A stretch of 40,000 bases of DNA from Clostridia bacterium (GCA_022799315.1 JAAWOE010000011.1:6439-46438); one strand, 5' to 3'. Positions 1-8,470 are shown, counted from the stretch's first letter. The notes: generated by a model not told the origin, from the sequence alone. Numbers and translations are program-made.

Positions 1-156
1 TAAGAATTGTTTCAGAAAAAGAAAATTATTTAAAATCAAAACTTTTTAAATCTTTTATATAAATCAAAAAAGAAAATTAATTATATAAATTTTAAAAATG
101 GGTGCTAGGTACTTTATTTATTGTACACAAAAATCAAAAAAACTTTTAACAAACAC

Positions 157-185
157 TTGTTTAAATAAAATAAATATAGTATAAT
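157..185 (+). promoter_or_regulatory. candidate sigma-A promoter of uvrA (TTGTTT-17-TATAAT)
   Basis: TTGTTT at 157-162, 17-nt spacer, TATAAT at 180-185, about 50 nt upstream of ATG 236. Confidence 0.4.
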
Positions 186-235
186 AACTCCTGCATGTAT
201 TAATAATAAAAAGTATATACATGTTGGGGGTAAAA

Positions 236-3059
236 ATGAACGATAAAATAGTAATTAAGGGAGCAAAAGAACACAATCTAAAAAATATAAATTTAGAAAT
301 TCCAAGAGATAAACTAGTAGTAGTTACAGGTCTTTCAGGTTCACGGAAAATCATCTCTTGCGTTTGATACATTATATGCAGAAGGGCAAAGAAGATACGT
401 AGAAAGTTTATCTAGTTATGCAAGACAATTCTTAGGATTAATGGAAAAACCAGATGTAGAATTAATAGAGGGATTATCACCAGCAATTTCAATAGACCAA
501 AAAACAACCTCAAGAAATCCTCGTTCTACAGTAGGAACTGTAACAGAAATATATGATTATATTCGTTTACTATATGCAAGAATTGGTGTACCATATTGTC
601 CAAACTGTGGTAAGAAAATTGAAAAACAATCAATAGACCAAATTGTAGATAACATTATGAGTTTAGATGAAGGAACAAAAATACAAGTATTAGCACCAGT
701 AATTCACAATAGAAAAGGTGAATTTACAAAGCTATTAGCAGATTTTGTAAAAGAGGGATTTGTTCGTGCAAGAATAGATGGAGAAACAGTAGAACTAACA
801 GACGATTTAGAATTAGATAGGAAGAAAAAACACAATGTTCAAATAATTGTAGACCGTTTAGTAATTAAAGAAGATATTAGAAACCGTTTAGCAGAATCTG
901 TAGAAATTGCAATGAAACATGCAAATCAATTAGTGTTAATAGATGTTGTTGGACAAGAAGAAAAACTATTTAGCGGTAATTATGCATGTCCTGATTGTGG
1001 TATAAGTTTTCCAGAGTTGTCGCCAAGAATGTTTTCATTCAATAATCCAGTAGGAGCATGTCCAACTTGTACAGGTATTGGTTTTCTAATGAAAATGGAT
1101 GAAGATTTAATAATACCAGATAAAAATAAAACTCTATATGATGGTGTAAAAGCATTTGGAGCAAGCACTATGAAAAAAGGCGATACTATGGCTAAAATGT
1201 ATTTTGAAAGTATAGCACGTCATTATGGAGTAGATATAAAGCAACCAATTAAAAAATTACCAAGGGAATTCTTAGATAAAATTTTATATGGTACAGGTGA
1301 TGAAGAAATAGATTTTGAATATACTTCAGCTGCAGGAACAAGAAAATTTAAAGCACCATTTGAAGGAGTTATTCCAACACTAGATAGACGCTATAATGAA
1401 ACAAAATCACAAGGAATGCGTGATTTTTACGAAATGTATATGAGCTATAGTGCTTGTCCTACTTGCCATGGTGCAAGGCTTAAAAAGGAAGTTCTTGCAG
1501 TAAAAGTAGGAGATAAAAACATAAACGAATTGACAGATATGTCGATTGATAAAATAAAAGAATATTTGAATTCATTAAAACTAACAAAAAAAGAAGCAAT
1601 GATTGCAGACCAAATAATGAAAGAACTAAACCAGAGATTACAATTCTTAATGGATGTGGGACTTGAATATTTAACGCTATCAAGAAATGCTGGAAGTTTA
1701 TCTGGAGGAGAAGCACAACGTATTAGACTTGCTACTCAGATTGGTTCTGGGTTAACAGGTGTATTATATATTTTAGATGAACCAAGTATTGGATTACATC
1801 AAAGAGATAATGATAAACTGCTTGCTACTCTTAAAAAATTAAGAGATTTAGGTAATACTTTAATTGTAGTAGAGCATGATGAGGATACAATGTATGCAGC
1901 AGACCAAATAATTGATATAGGGCCAGGGCCAGGAGTTCATGGCGGAAATGTAATTGCACAAGGAACAGCAGAAGAAATTAAACAAATTCCAGAGTCAATT
2001 ACTGGACAATACTTAAGTGGCAAAAAGAAAATTATAGTACCTAAAAAAAGAAGAAAATCAAATGGAAAAGCAATACAAGTAATAGGAGCAGAACAAAACA
2101 ACTTAAAAAATATTAATGTAAAATTTCCATTGGGAGTATTTACATGTGTAACAGGTGTATCTGGTTCTGGAAAAAGTACACTTGTAAATGAAATTTTATA
2201 TAAAACAGTTGCAAAAGAAATCTATGGTTCAAATGAAAAACCAGGAAAATGTAAAGAAATAAAAGGTCTTGAGAATATTGATAAAATAATTAACATTGAC
2301 CAATCACCAATTGGCAGAACACCACGTTCAAATCCAGCAACATATACTGGTGTGTTTGATATAATTCGTGATATTTTTGCAACAACAAATGAAGCAAAAC
2401 TTCGTGGTTATCAAAAAGGAAGATTTAGCTTTAATGTAGCAGGTGGAAGATGTGAAGCATGTAATGGAGATGGGATTTTAAAAATTGAAATGCATTTCTT
2501 ACCAGATATTTATGTGCCATGTGAAGTTTGTCATGGAAAAAGATATAATAGGGAAACATTAGAGGTTAAGTATAAAGGAAAAAGCATTGCAGATGTATTA
2601 GATATGACAGTAGAAGAAGCACTAAGCTTTTTTGAAAACATACCAAGAATTAAAACAAAAATACAAACATTGTATGATGTAGGACTTGGTTATATAAAAC
2701 TAGGACAACCATCAACTACTCTTTCAGGTGGTGAGGCGCAAAGAGTAAAACTTGCAACAGAATTATCAAAGAAACCAACAGGAAAAACATTATATATTTT
2801 AGATGAACCAACAACAGGATTACACATTGCAGATGTTCATAAACTAGTAAATATTTTACAAAGATTAGTAGATACAGGAAATAGCATTATTGTAATTGAA
2901 CACAATCTAGACTTAATAAAAACAGCAGATTATATTATAGACTTAGGACCAGAAGGCGGAGATAAAGGTGGACAAATTGTAAGTGTAGGAACACCAGAAC
3001 AAGTAGTAAGAAATGAGCAAAGCCATACAGGTAGATTTTTAAAAAAATATTTGGAGTAA
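236..3059 (+). CDS. uvrA: excinuclease ABC subunit UvrA, full length only if C344 is skipped (+1)
   Basis: ATG 236 gives [36 protein letters not shown], then the frame breaks. The +1 frame continues [31 protein letters not shown] into the 872-aa ORF 441..3059, which has two ABC ATPase modules (LSGGE signatures) and CxxC zinc-finger motifs typical of UvrA. Confidence 0.9.
344..346 (+). other. 0-frame CGG / +1 frame break (TCA-C-GGA) inside the uvrA Walker A motif
   Basis: ggt tca C gga aaa tca tct: removing C344 restores GLSGSGKSS. The 0 frame stops 6 codons later. Confidence 0.85.
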
Positions 3060-3063
3060 ACTC

Positions 3064-3092
3064 TTGAAAGTTTCATAAAAACTATGTATAAT
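3064..3092 (+). promoter_or_regulatory. strong sigma-A promoter (TTGAAA-17-TGtTATAAT) driving the tandem-repeat RNA
   Basis: TTGAAA 3064-3069, 17-nt spacer ending in TG, TATAAT 3087-3092. Confidence 0.6.
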
Positions 3093-3144
3093 GAATATAA
3101 TAAGTAAGATAGTTAATCTATCTAGTGGGCTAACACTTAAAATC

Positions 3145-3248
3145 CGAGATTAAAGTAAGACATAGGGGCTTACAGATTGGCGAGCAATCGATTAACTCGA
3201 GATTAAAGTAAGACATAGGGGCTTACAGATTGGCGGACAATCAATTAA
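3145..3248 (+). repeat. 2 x 52-nt direct tandem repeat, candidate type III antitoxin RNA precursor
   Basis: Unit 1 is 3145-3196 and unit 2 is 3197-3248 (CGAGATTAAAGTAAGACATAGGGGCTTACAGATTGGCGAGCAATCGATTAAC), differing at about 6 positions. Each unit holds two small hairpins, GTAAG/CTTAC and GATTG/CAATC. The repeats lie between a promoter and a terminator, directly upstream of an ORF. Confidence 0.55.
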
Positions 3249-3256
3249 TTAGCAAT

Positions 3257-3305
3257 AAGGGGGAAATACAAATACTAAGGTATTTGATTTCCTCCTTAAT
3301 TTTTT
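3257..3305 (+). terminator. intrinsic terminator between the repeats and ORF 3322
   Basis: AAGGGGGAAATACAAATAC / GTATTTGATTTCCTCCTT stem (one G-U, one bulge), TAAG loop, then AATTTTTTG. Confidence 0.7.
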
Positions 3306-3321
3306 GTAAAGGAAGATTATT

Positions 3322-3927
3322 ATGAAATCAAAAAACAAGAAAGATGATTTAAATATTATAAAGCAAGCAGCGAATTTGTATGAAAAGAACTTAAATAATA
3401 AAACATTATTGTTTATTTATTTAAATAGAAAAAACAATAAAATCGAATTTTATGAAGTTACATTTAAAGATACATATTTTAAACATCTAACGGGAACAAC
3501 CACACCTATTAGCAGTAGAATGTTTTATAGAAAAGCATTAACAAATACATTGAAAATAGAAGATTTTGATTATAAAGATAATAATACAAATCTTAAATTA
3601 GATAATATTATTCGAGGAATGGAAATAAATAAGTATGCAAGAATGATAGGTTGTTTTGAAAATAATAGAAAATATTTAACATTGGATAAAGTAGCTGGAA
3701 CACAATATCTATCAATTGGTTTTGATAGTGATAAAAATTATAATTATCCTAAAACATTTTTAGTAGGAGATATAAGAAAATTAACAATTGGAAAGCCAAA
3801 CAGAGTATTATGTGTGCTATCAAAAAATATAAAAGACATAAAATATGAACAAATAGTATATATTGCTAAAAATGTTGATATAGAGAAACTGAAATGCAAT
3901 AAAGAAATACAAGAAAAACTGAGCTAA
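3322..3927 (+). CDS. hypothetical 201-aa protein, candidate type III toxin (nuclease-like?)
   Basis: ORF with AAGGAAG RBS. It sits immediately after the repeat-terminator leader. I cannot align it by eye to ToxN or AbiQ. Lys/Asn-rich, host-like AT composition. Confidence 0.6.
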   Translation: MKSKNKKDDLNIIKQAANLYEKNLNNKTLLFIYLNRKNNKIEFYEVTFKDTYFKHLTGTTTPISSRMFYRKALTNTLKIEDFDYKDNNTNLKLDNIIRGMEINKYARMIGCFENNRKYLTLDKVAGTQYLSIGFDSDKNYNYPKTFLVGDIRKLTIGKPNRVLCVLSKNIKDIKYEQIVYIAKNVDIEKLKCNKEIQEKLS

Positions 3928-3947
3928 TTTAAAAAAAGCCGACATAG

Positions 3948-3976
3948 TTGCTAATTAACATAAATTATGTTATGAT
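3948..3976 (+). promoter_or_regulatory. sigma-A promoter (TTGCTA-17-TGtTATGAT) of the 4057 cassette
   Basis: TTGCTA 3948-3953, 17-nt spacer, TATGAT 3971-3976 preceded by TG. Confidence 0.5.
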
Positions 3977-4056
3977 TAAATAGTGATATTTGCCAGTACA
4001 GCAAAACAAATAAGGTACATGTAACTAATAACAATCGACGTTATGGAGGTGTTAGG

Positions 4057-4434
4057 ATGAGCGAAACAAAATTATCAATCACAAAAGAGCAGGCTGAAGC
4101 GTTTTCAATCTGGAAAAAACAGTATGTAAGCAAGATTGATTTCGCTGAGGAAGTTTTGCGGCAGGAATTAGGAAAAAAAGCGAAAAAAGTCCAGTTGTTT
4201 CGTAACTTTGAAGAAATGAAAGAAACGATTGAACAGCTTGAGATTTCCGAAGGCTCTGCCAAATTCTCGGGAGAAGAGATTACTTCAGATATGAGATTCG
4301 GATTTAAAGTATCTGGGTACATACATGCGCTTTGGAATGCTTTGTTTAAAGAACAGGGTACTAAAAAAGTAGAATTGGGAATAAGACTGTTTGAAGAACC
4401 GGCAGAAAAGTTATCTAAAATTTTTAACCTGTAA
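4057..4434 (+). CDS. hypothetical 125-aa protein in higher-GC cassette 1
   Basis: GGAGGTG RBS 6 nt before the ATG. About 40% G+C in a sampled 60-nt stretch versus about 25-30% in neighbours. One in-frame CGG (4159). Followed by a GC-rich terminator. Confidence 0.65.
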   Translation: MSETKLSITKEQAEAFSIWKKQYVSKIDFAEEVLRQELGKKAKKVQLFRNFEEMKETIEQLEISEGSAKFSGEEITSDMRFGFKVSGYIHALWNALFKEQGTKKVELGIRLFEEPAEKLSKIFNL

Positions 4435-4451
4435 ACGTTTTAAGCTAAATG

Positions 4452-4478
4452 ATAGCCCCGCACAGTGTGCGGGGCTAT
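4452..4478. terminator. bidirectional GC-rich terminator hairpin
   Basis: ATAGCCCCGCAC AGT GTGCGGGGCTAT, shared by the convergent ORFs 4057..4434 (+) and 4487..4594 (-). Confidence 0.75.
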
Positions 4479-4486
4479 TCGTATAC

Positions 4487-4594
4487 TTATCTGCAGTTTT
4501 CGTTGTTATTATTTTGATTATTTTTGTTTTGATTTTCATTTCTATTTTGATTATTTTTGTTATTGTTTTGGTTGTTTTTATTATTCTTTGCCAT
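4487..4594 (-). CDS. 35-aa Asn/Gln/Lys-rich small protein (MAKNNKNNQNNNKNNQNRNENQNKNNQNNNNENCR)
   Basis: Not in the ORF track because it is under 60 aa. ATG at 4594 is preceded by AATGGAGGTG with 8-nt spacing. The stop at 4487-4489 lies just before the shared terminator. Confidence 0.45.
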   Translation of the reverse strand: MAKNNKNNQNNNKNNQNRNENQNKNNQNNNNENCR

Positions 4595-4726
4595 AAAAAG
4601 CACCTCCATTTATTTAGGTATTTTAAGAAAATTAGAACACACATACCATGTTTCGAATTTCTTATAAATAGTTTTTACAAAAAACGAAAAAAATATTCAA
4701 AAAGAAAGCAAATTATGACGAAAGAA

Positions 4727-4755
4727 TTAACATACACTAAAATCTATGATATAAT
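4727..4755 (+). promoter_or_regulatory. sigma-A promoter (TTAACA-17-TGaTATAAT)
   Basis: TTAACA 4727-4732, 17-nt spacer, TATAAT 4750-4755 with upstream TG, 40 nt before ATG 4795. Confidence 0.5.
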
Positions 4756-4794
4756 GTGCGTTGAATAATTTTAAAATATAGGAGAATATAAAGT

Positions 4795-5490
4795 ATGGGA
4801 AATATTGTAATTGGAATTGAAGGACTGGTAGGAACTGGAAAAACTTCTATTTGTAGGAATTTAATAAAAATTTTATCAAATACTATTTTATTAAATGGTG
4901 GAAACTTATATAGAGCAATTGTATATGTAATGATGAAAAGTGGGGCAAACTTAGAAAGCTTAAAGTCACAAGCAAAAGATATAGATATAAAAACAGTAAT
5001 GGACTTATTCAAAATAGAATTAAGAATTGAAGATAATGAAACAAAAATATATATGGATGGCAAATTAATTGAAGAAGATGAATTACAATCAAAAGAATCT
5101 TCTATTGCTGTATCTGAAGTTGGAGGAAAGGCAAATAACGAAGCATTATTTGTTTTTGCAAGAAATTTGATTGATACATTAAAAATGGAGCATAATATTA
5201 TTGTTTCAGGTAGAGCAATTATGCAAATTTATCCAAAAACAGATTATCACTTTTTTGTAACAGCAAGCTTAGAGGAACGCGCTAGAAGAAAAAGCATACA
5301 ATATAATGGTGAAGTTGATATAGAGGAATTAACAGAGCATATTAAAAAACGTGATGAACTACAAAAACAAGCAGGCTTTTATAATTTAAGCGAAAGAACT
5401 ATTAGTATAGATTTAACAGATTGCAAAACAGTAGAAGAATCAACAAATAAATTGTTAAACTATATCAAAATACCACAAGAATCAATATAA
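4795..5490 (+). CDS. cytidylate kinase-like (P-loop NMP kinase family) protein
   Basis: N-terminal P-loop IGIEGLVGTGKTS and GGNLYRA motif resembling Cmk. AGGAGAA RBS. Confidence 0.6.
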   Translation: MGNIVIGIEGLVGTGKTSICRNLIKILSNTILLNGGNLYRAIVYVMMKSGANLESLKSQAKDIDIKTVMDLFKIELRIEDNETKIYMDGKLIEEDELQSKESSIAVSEVGGKANNEALFVFARNLIDTLKMEHNIIVSGRAIMQIYPKTDYHFFVTASLEERARRKSIQYNGEVDIEELTEHIKKRDELQKQAGFYNLSERTISIDLTDCKTVEESTNKLLNYIKIPQESI

Positions 5491-5505
5491 AGGGAGAGGA
5501 TTTTC

Positions 5506-6900
5506 TTGAACGAAAAGCTAAAAGAATTTAATACATATTTAAAAAATAGAAAAGTAGCAGTAATAGGTCTTGGTGTTAGTAATTTACCATTATTAGATTA
5601 TTTACACGAAAAAGGCTCTATTGTAACAGTGTTTGATGATAGAAATACTGAAAAAATATCAAAAGAAGCAATAGAAAAAGTAAATAAGTATGAATTTGAA
5701 ACTTCATTTGGAGAAAACAATTTGGATAAACTTGTTGGATTTGATTTAATTTTCCGTTCACCAAGTTGTATGCCAACTAAAAAAGAATTAGTAGAAGAAG
5801 AAAAGAGGGGAGCTATTGTTACTTCTGAAATTGAAATGCTAATGGAAATGGCGCCTTGTAAAGTAATTGGAGTAACTGGAAGTGACGGAAAAACAACAAC
5901 AACTAGTTTAATATATGAAATTGTAAAAAATGCAGGATATAATACTCATTTAGGTGGAAATATTGGTATACCATTATTTACAAAATTAAAAGATATTGAA
6001 TCTGAAGATGTAATTGTACTAGAGCTAAGTAGTTTTCAATTAATGAATATGAATATAAGTGCAGACATATCAGTTATTACAAATATTACACCAAACCACT
6101 TAAATATTCATGCAAGTTATGAAGAGTATATTGATGCTAAAAAGAATATCTTTAAAAATCAAAAAGAAGATGGAATTGTAGTATTAAACTATGACAATGA
6201 GCTTACAAGAAATTGTAGACTAGAAGCAAATGGAAAAGTGATTTACTTTAGTAGCAAAGAAAAACTAGAAAATGGTATTATTGTTGACAATGATGTCATA
6301 AAAGAATGTGAAGACCGCCTAAGAAAGCATATTATAAATACAAAAGATATTCATTTAAGAGGAATGCATAATTATGAAAATGTGGCGGCTGCAATTGCAG
6401 CAACTAAATCTTTTATAGATATAGACACAATTGTAGATGCAATTAAAAAATTTAAAGGAGTAGAACACAGAATAGAATTTATAAGAGAGCTTGATGGAGT
6501 AAAATGGTATAATGATTCTATTGGAACAAGTCCAACAAGAACAATCGCTGGATTAAATTCATTTTCAGAAGATATTATATTAATTGCAGGTGGTTATGAC
6601 AAACATTTAGATTATGAACCTATTGCTAAACCAATAGTAGATAATGTAAAAGGTTTAATTCTAATTGGCCAAACTTCGGAAAAAATATATGAAGCTGTAA
6701 CAAAAGAATTAGAAAAAGAAAATAAAGAATTAGATATTTATCAATGTAATGAATTTCCACAAATTGTAGAAGTAGCAAGAAAAATTGCAAAAACAGGGCA
6801 AGTAGTATTATTTTCACCAGCAAGTGCAAGTTTCGATTTATTTGAAAACTTTGCACAAAGAGGAAATAAGTTTAAAGAATTAGTAAATGATTTAAAATAG
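5506..6900 (+). CDS. murD: UDP-N-acetylmuramoylalanine--D-glutamate ligase
   Basis: TTG start with AGGGAGAGGA RBS. Mur ligase motifs GVTGSDGKTTTT and NHLNIH. Length 464 aa. Confidence 0.9.
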   Translation: MNEKLKEFNTYLKNRKVAVIGLGVSNLPLLDYLHEKGSIVTVFDDRNTEKISKEAIEKVNKYEFETSFGENNLDKLVGFDLIFRSPSCMPTKKELVEEEKRGAIVTSEIEMLMEMAPCKVIGVTGSDGKTTTTSLIYEIVKNAGYNTHLGGNIGIPLFTKLKDIESEDVIVLELSSFQLMNMNISADISVITNITPNHLNIHASYEEYIDAKKNIFKNQKEDGIVVLNYDNELTRNCRLEANGKVIYFSSKEKLENGIIVDNDVIKECEDRLRKHIINTKDIHLRGMHNYENVAAAIAATKSFIDIDTIVDAIKKFKGVEHRIEFIRELDGVKWYNDSIGTSPTRTIAGLNSFSEDIILIAGGYDKHLDYEPIAKPIVDNVKGLILIGQTSEKIYEAVTKELEKENKELDIYQCNEFPQIVEVARKIAKTGQVVLFSPASASFDLFENFAQRGNKFKELVNDLK

Positions 6901-6947
6901 GAAAGCTAAAGCTTTTCTATTTTTGTTCTATTATAGAAAAGTTCTAT

Positions 6948-6985
6948 TGTAGGGGCGATTTTAATCGCCCGAGAGGCAAATCCTC
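6948..6985 (+). repeat. TGTAGGGG-hairpin palindromic element, copy a
   Basis: TGTAGGGGCGATTTTAATCGCCCGAGAGGCAAATCCTC. Perfect palindrome GGGCGATT/AATCGCCC. Near-identical copy at 39148. Flanked by the 16-bp direct repeat TTTTGTTCTATTATAG (6921-6936 and 6986-7001). Confidence 0.7.
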
Positions 6986-7080
6986 TTTTGTTCTATTATA
7001 GGGGTAAGATTTGTTATAAGTTTACACTTTAGTTTTTTACTGCATATTCCAGCAAGATGAAGCAGACATGTAACACTGTC

Positions 7081-7108
7081 ACAAAAAACAAATAACTTCC
7101 ATATACTA
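7081..7108 (+). promoter_or_regulatory. candidate sigma-K-type sporulation promoter (AC-17-CATATACTA)
   Basis: AC at 7081-7082, 17-nt spacer, CATATACTA at 7100-7108, 25 nt upstream of ATG 7134. Confidence 0.3.
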
Positions 7109-7133
7109 TTATAAAAATAGTAGGAGGTAAAAT

Positions 7134-7664
7134 ATGAATAATATGTCATACCAAGAATACATGAGAACAGTACTTGGCTATACACCATATAGTATGCAAG
7201 ATACTCTTTGCTGTACAAATGATTATTACATAACACAAGATACAAATTGTATGAACGATAGTAATTTAGAAGAATTATATCCAGATATCTATAAAAAGAT
7301 TAATCCATTAGTTTGTAAACAATGTAATACAAACACAATGCCAATTACACAAGAAATTTTAGAACAAATGGTAGATAATGTTTATAATTCTATAGAAGTT
7401 GATTTGAAAATAGAAACAAATACAAAACTACAAGTAAATGTAAGTAATGGAGTAAGACAACAAGAAAATAGAACAAGACAAAGTAATAATACATTAAGAG
7501 ATTTAATAAAAATACTAATATTAAAAGAGTTAATAGATAGGGGAAGATTTCCTAATAGACCACCGTTTCATGGAAGACCACCAATGCCAGGACCACGTCC
7601 ACCATTTCCAGGAGGACCAAGGCCTCCATTTCCACCACAAGGGCCAAGACCAAGAGATTTTTAA
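7134..7664 (+). CDS. hypothetical protein with Pro/Gly-rich C-terminus, possible spore coat protein
   Basis: TAGGAGGT RBS. C-terminus is RPPFHGRPPMPGPRPPFPGGPRPPFPPQGPRPRDF. Possible mother-cell promoter upstream. Confidence 0.55.
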   Translation: MNNMSYQEYMRTVLGYTPYSMQDTLCCTNDYYITQDTNCMNDSNLEELYPDIYKKINPLVCKQCNTNTMPITQEILEQMVDNVYNSIEVDLKIETNTKLQVNVSNGVRQQENRTRQSNNTLRDLIKILILKELIDRGRFPNRPPFHGRPPMPGPRPPFPGGPRPPFPPQGPRPRDF

Positions 7665-7799
7665 AAAATGAAAAAATTTCCAATTTAATAATTCCAGAAG
7701 ACGGATATAGTTTTGAAATTTAGAAATTTTTGTTTAACATATTTTTTCAAAAAAAGTACAAAATAAAATTGTATAAATTTTTGAAAGGAAGTATGTAAA

Positions 7800-8249
7800 A
7801 TGGAAGTTAAAGAATGTATGAGTACAAAAGTATGTTATTGTACTCCAAATAGTAGTGTTAAAGATGCAGCAAAACTTATGTGCGATAACCATGTTGGATG
7901 TATACCAGTTTGTAATAACGAAAACCAGATTGTTGGAGTTATAACAGATAGAGACGTAATTTTAAGAAGTATTGCATGTGATAAAGATGTATGTCAAACA
8001 AAAGTAAGTGATATAATGACATGCAACCCTTGTTGTTGTACACCAGATACAACAATTGATGAAGCAGAAAAATTAATGAGCGGTTTACAAATAAGAAGAA
8101 TACCAGTATGTGATACAAATAACAAAATAGTAGGAATAATATCTTTGGGAGATTTAGCTCATCATGGAAAAGAAGTAGGAACTGAGCATGTATGTAATAC
8201 ATTAGAAAACATTTGTAATTGTAATGGAAATACTAAAAACGCTGAATAA
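7800..8249 (+). CDS. CBS-pair domain protein, unusually Cys-rich
   Basis: Two CBS-like repeats (GCIPV..IVGVITDRD and IRRIPV..IVGIISLGD). 16 Cys in 149 aa, including PCCC and CNCN. Confidence 0.75.
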   Translation: MEVKECMSTKVCYCTPNSSVKDAAKLMCDNHVGCIPVCNNENQIVGVITDRDVILRSIACDKDVCQTKVSDIMTCNPCCCTPDTTIDEAEKLMSGLQIRRIPVCDTNNKIVGIISLGDLAHHGKEVGTEHVCNTLENICNCNGNTKNAE

Positions 8250-8269
8250 TTTAATATGGATGTCATATA

Positions 8270-8301
8270 ATAATAGAAGTAGACTTGTCTACTTCTATTA
8301 T
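8270..8301 (+). terminator. hairpin terminator after the CBS gene
   Basis: ATAATAGAAGTAGAC / GTCTACTTCTATTAT inverted repeat followed by TTTGATTTT. Confidence 0.6.
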
Positions 8302-8346
8302 TTTGATTTTAATTATATTATAAGCAGTACGCTATTTGTATTTAAT

Positions 8347-8385
8347 TGTAGGGGTCGACGCCCACGTCGACCCGTAAGGCGAAAC
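8347..8385 (+). repeat. TGTAGGGG-hairpin palindromic element, copy b
   Basis: TGTAGGGGTCGACGCCCACGTCGACCCGTAAGGCGAAAC. Same architecture as copies a and e but with a different, still complementary stem (GTCGACG/CGTCGAC). Confidence 0.65.
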
Positions 8386-8470
8386 TTTTTTATAAATCAA
8401 AAGAATGTTATTTTAGGTCAAATATGTATATATTCTAAATTGACATAATAGAGAAAATCGATAAAATTAT

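Noticed and set aside
118-372. 84-aa minus-strand ORF from the track
   Set aside because: It is antisense to the uvrA promoter and 5' coding region, has no RBS, and has a low-complexity hydrophobic translation. The same reasoning applies to 980..1168 and 1480..1716, which lie inside uvrA.
3145-3248. Tandem repeat as a CRISPR array or a tandem riboswitch
   Set aside because: There are only two directly abutting units with no spacers, and no cas genes. I recognise no riboswitch consensus (such as glycine, preQ1 or mini-ykkC). The downstream gene is not metabolic.
4391-4768. 125-aa plus-strand ORF, plus the 4411..4644 and 4041..4322 minus-strand ORFs
   Set aside because: The ORF runs straight through the GC-rich terminator hairpin and is the antisense shadow of the Asn-rich small ORF. 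It has no RBS. 4041..4322 is antisense to the well-supported ORF 4057..4434.
8224-8448. 74-aa ORF downstream of the CBS gene
   Set aside because: It spans a terminator hairpin and palindromic repeat copy b. The Arg/Pro stretch is just the translated GTCGAC palindrome.
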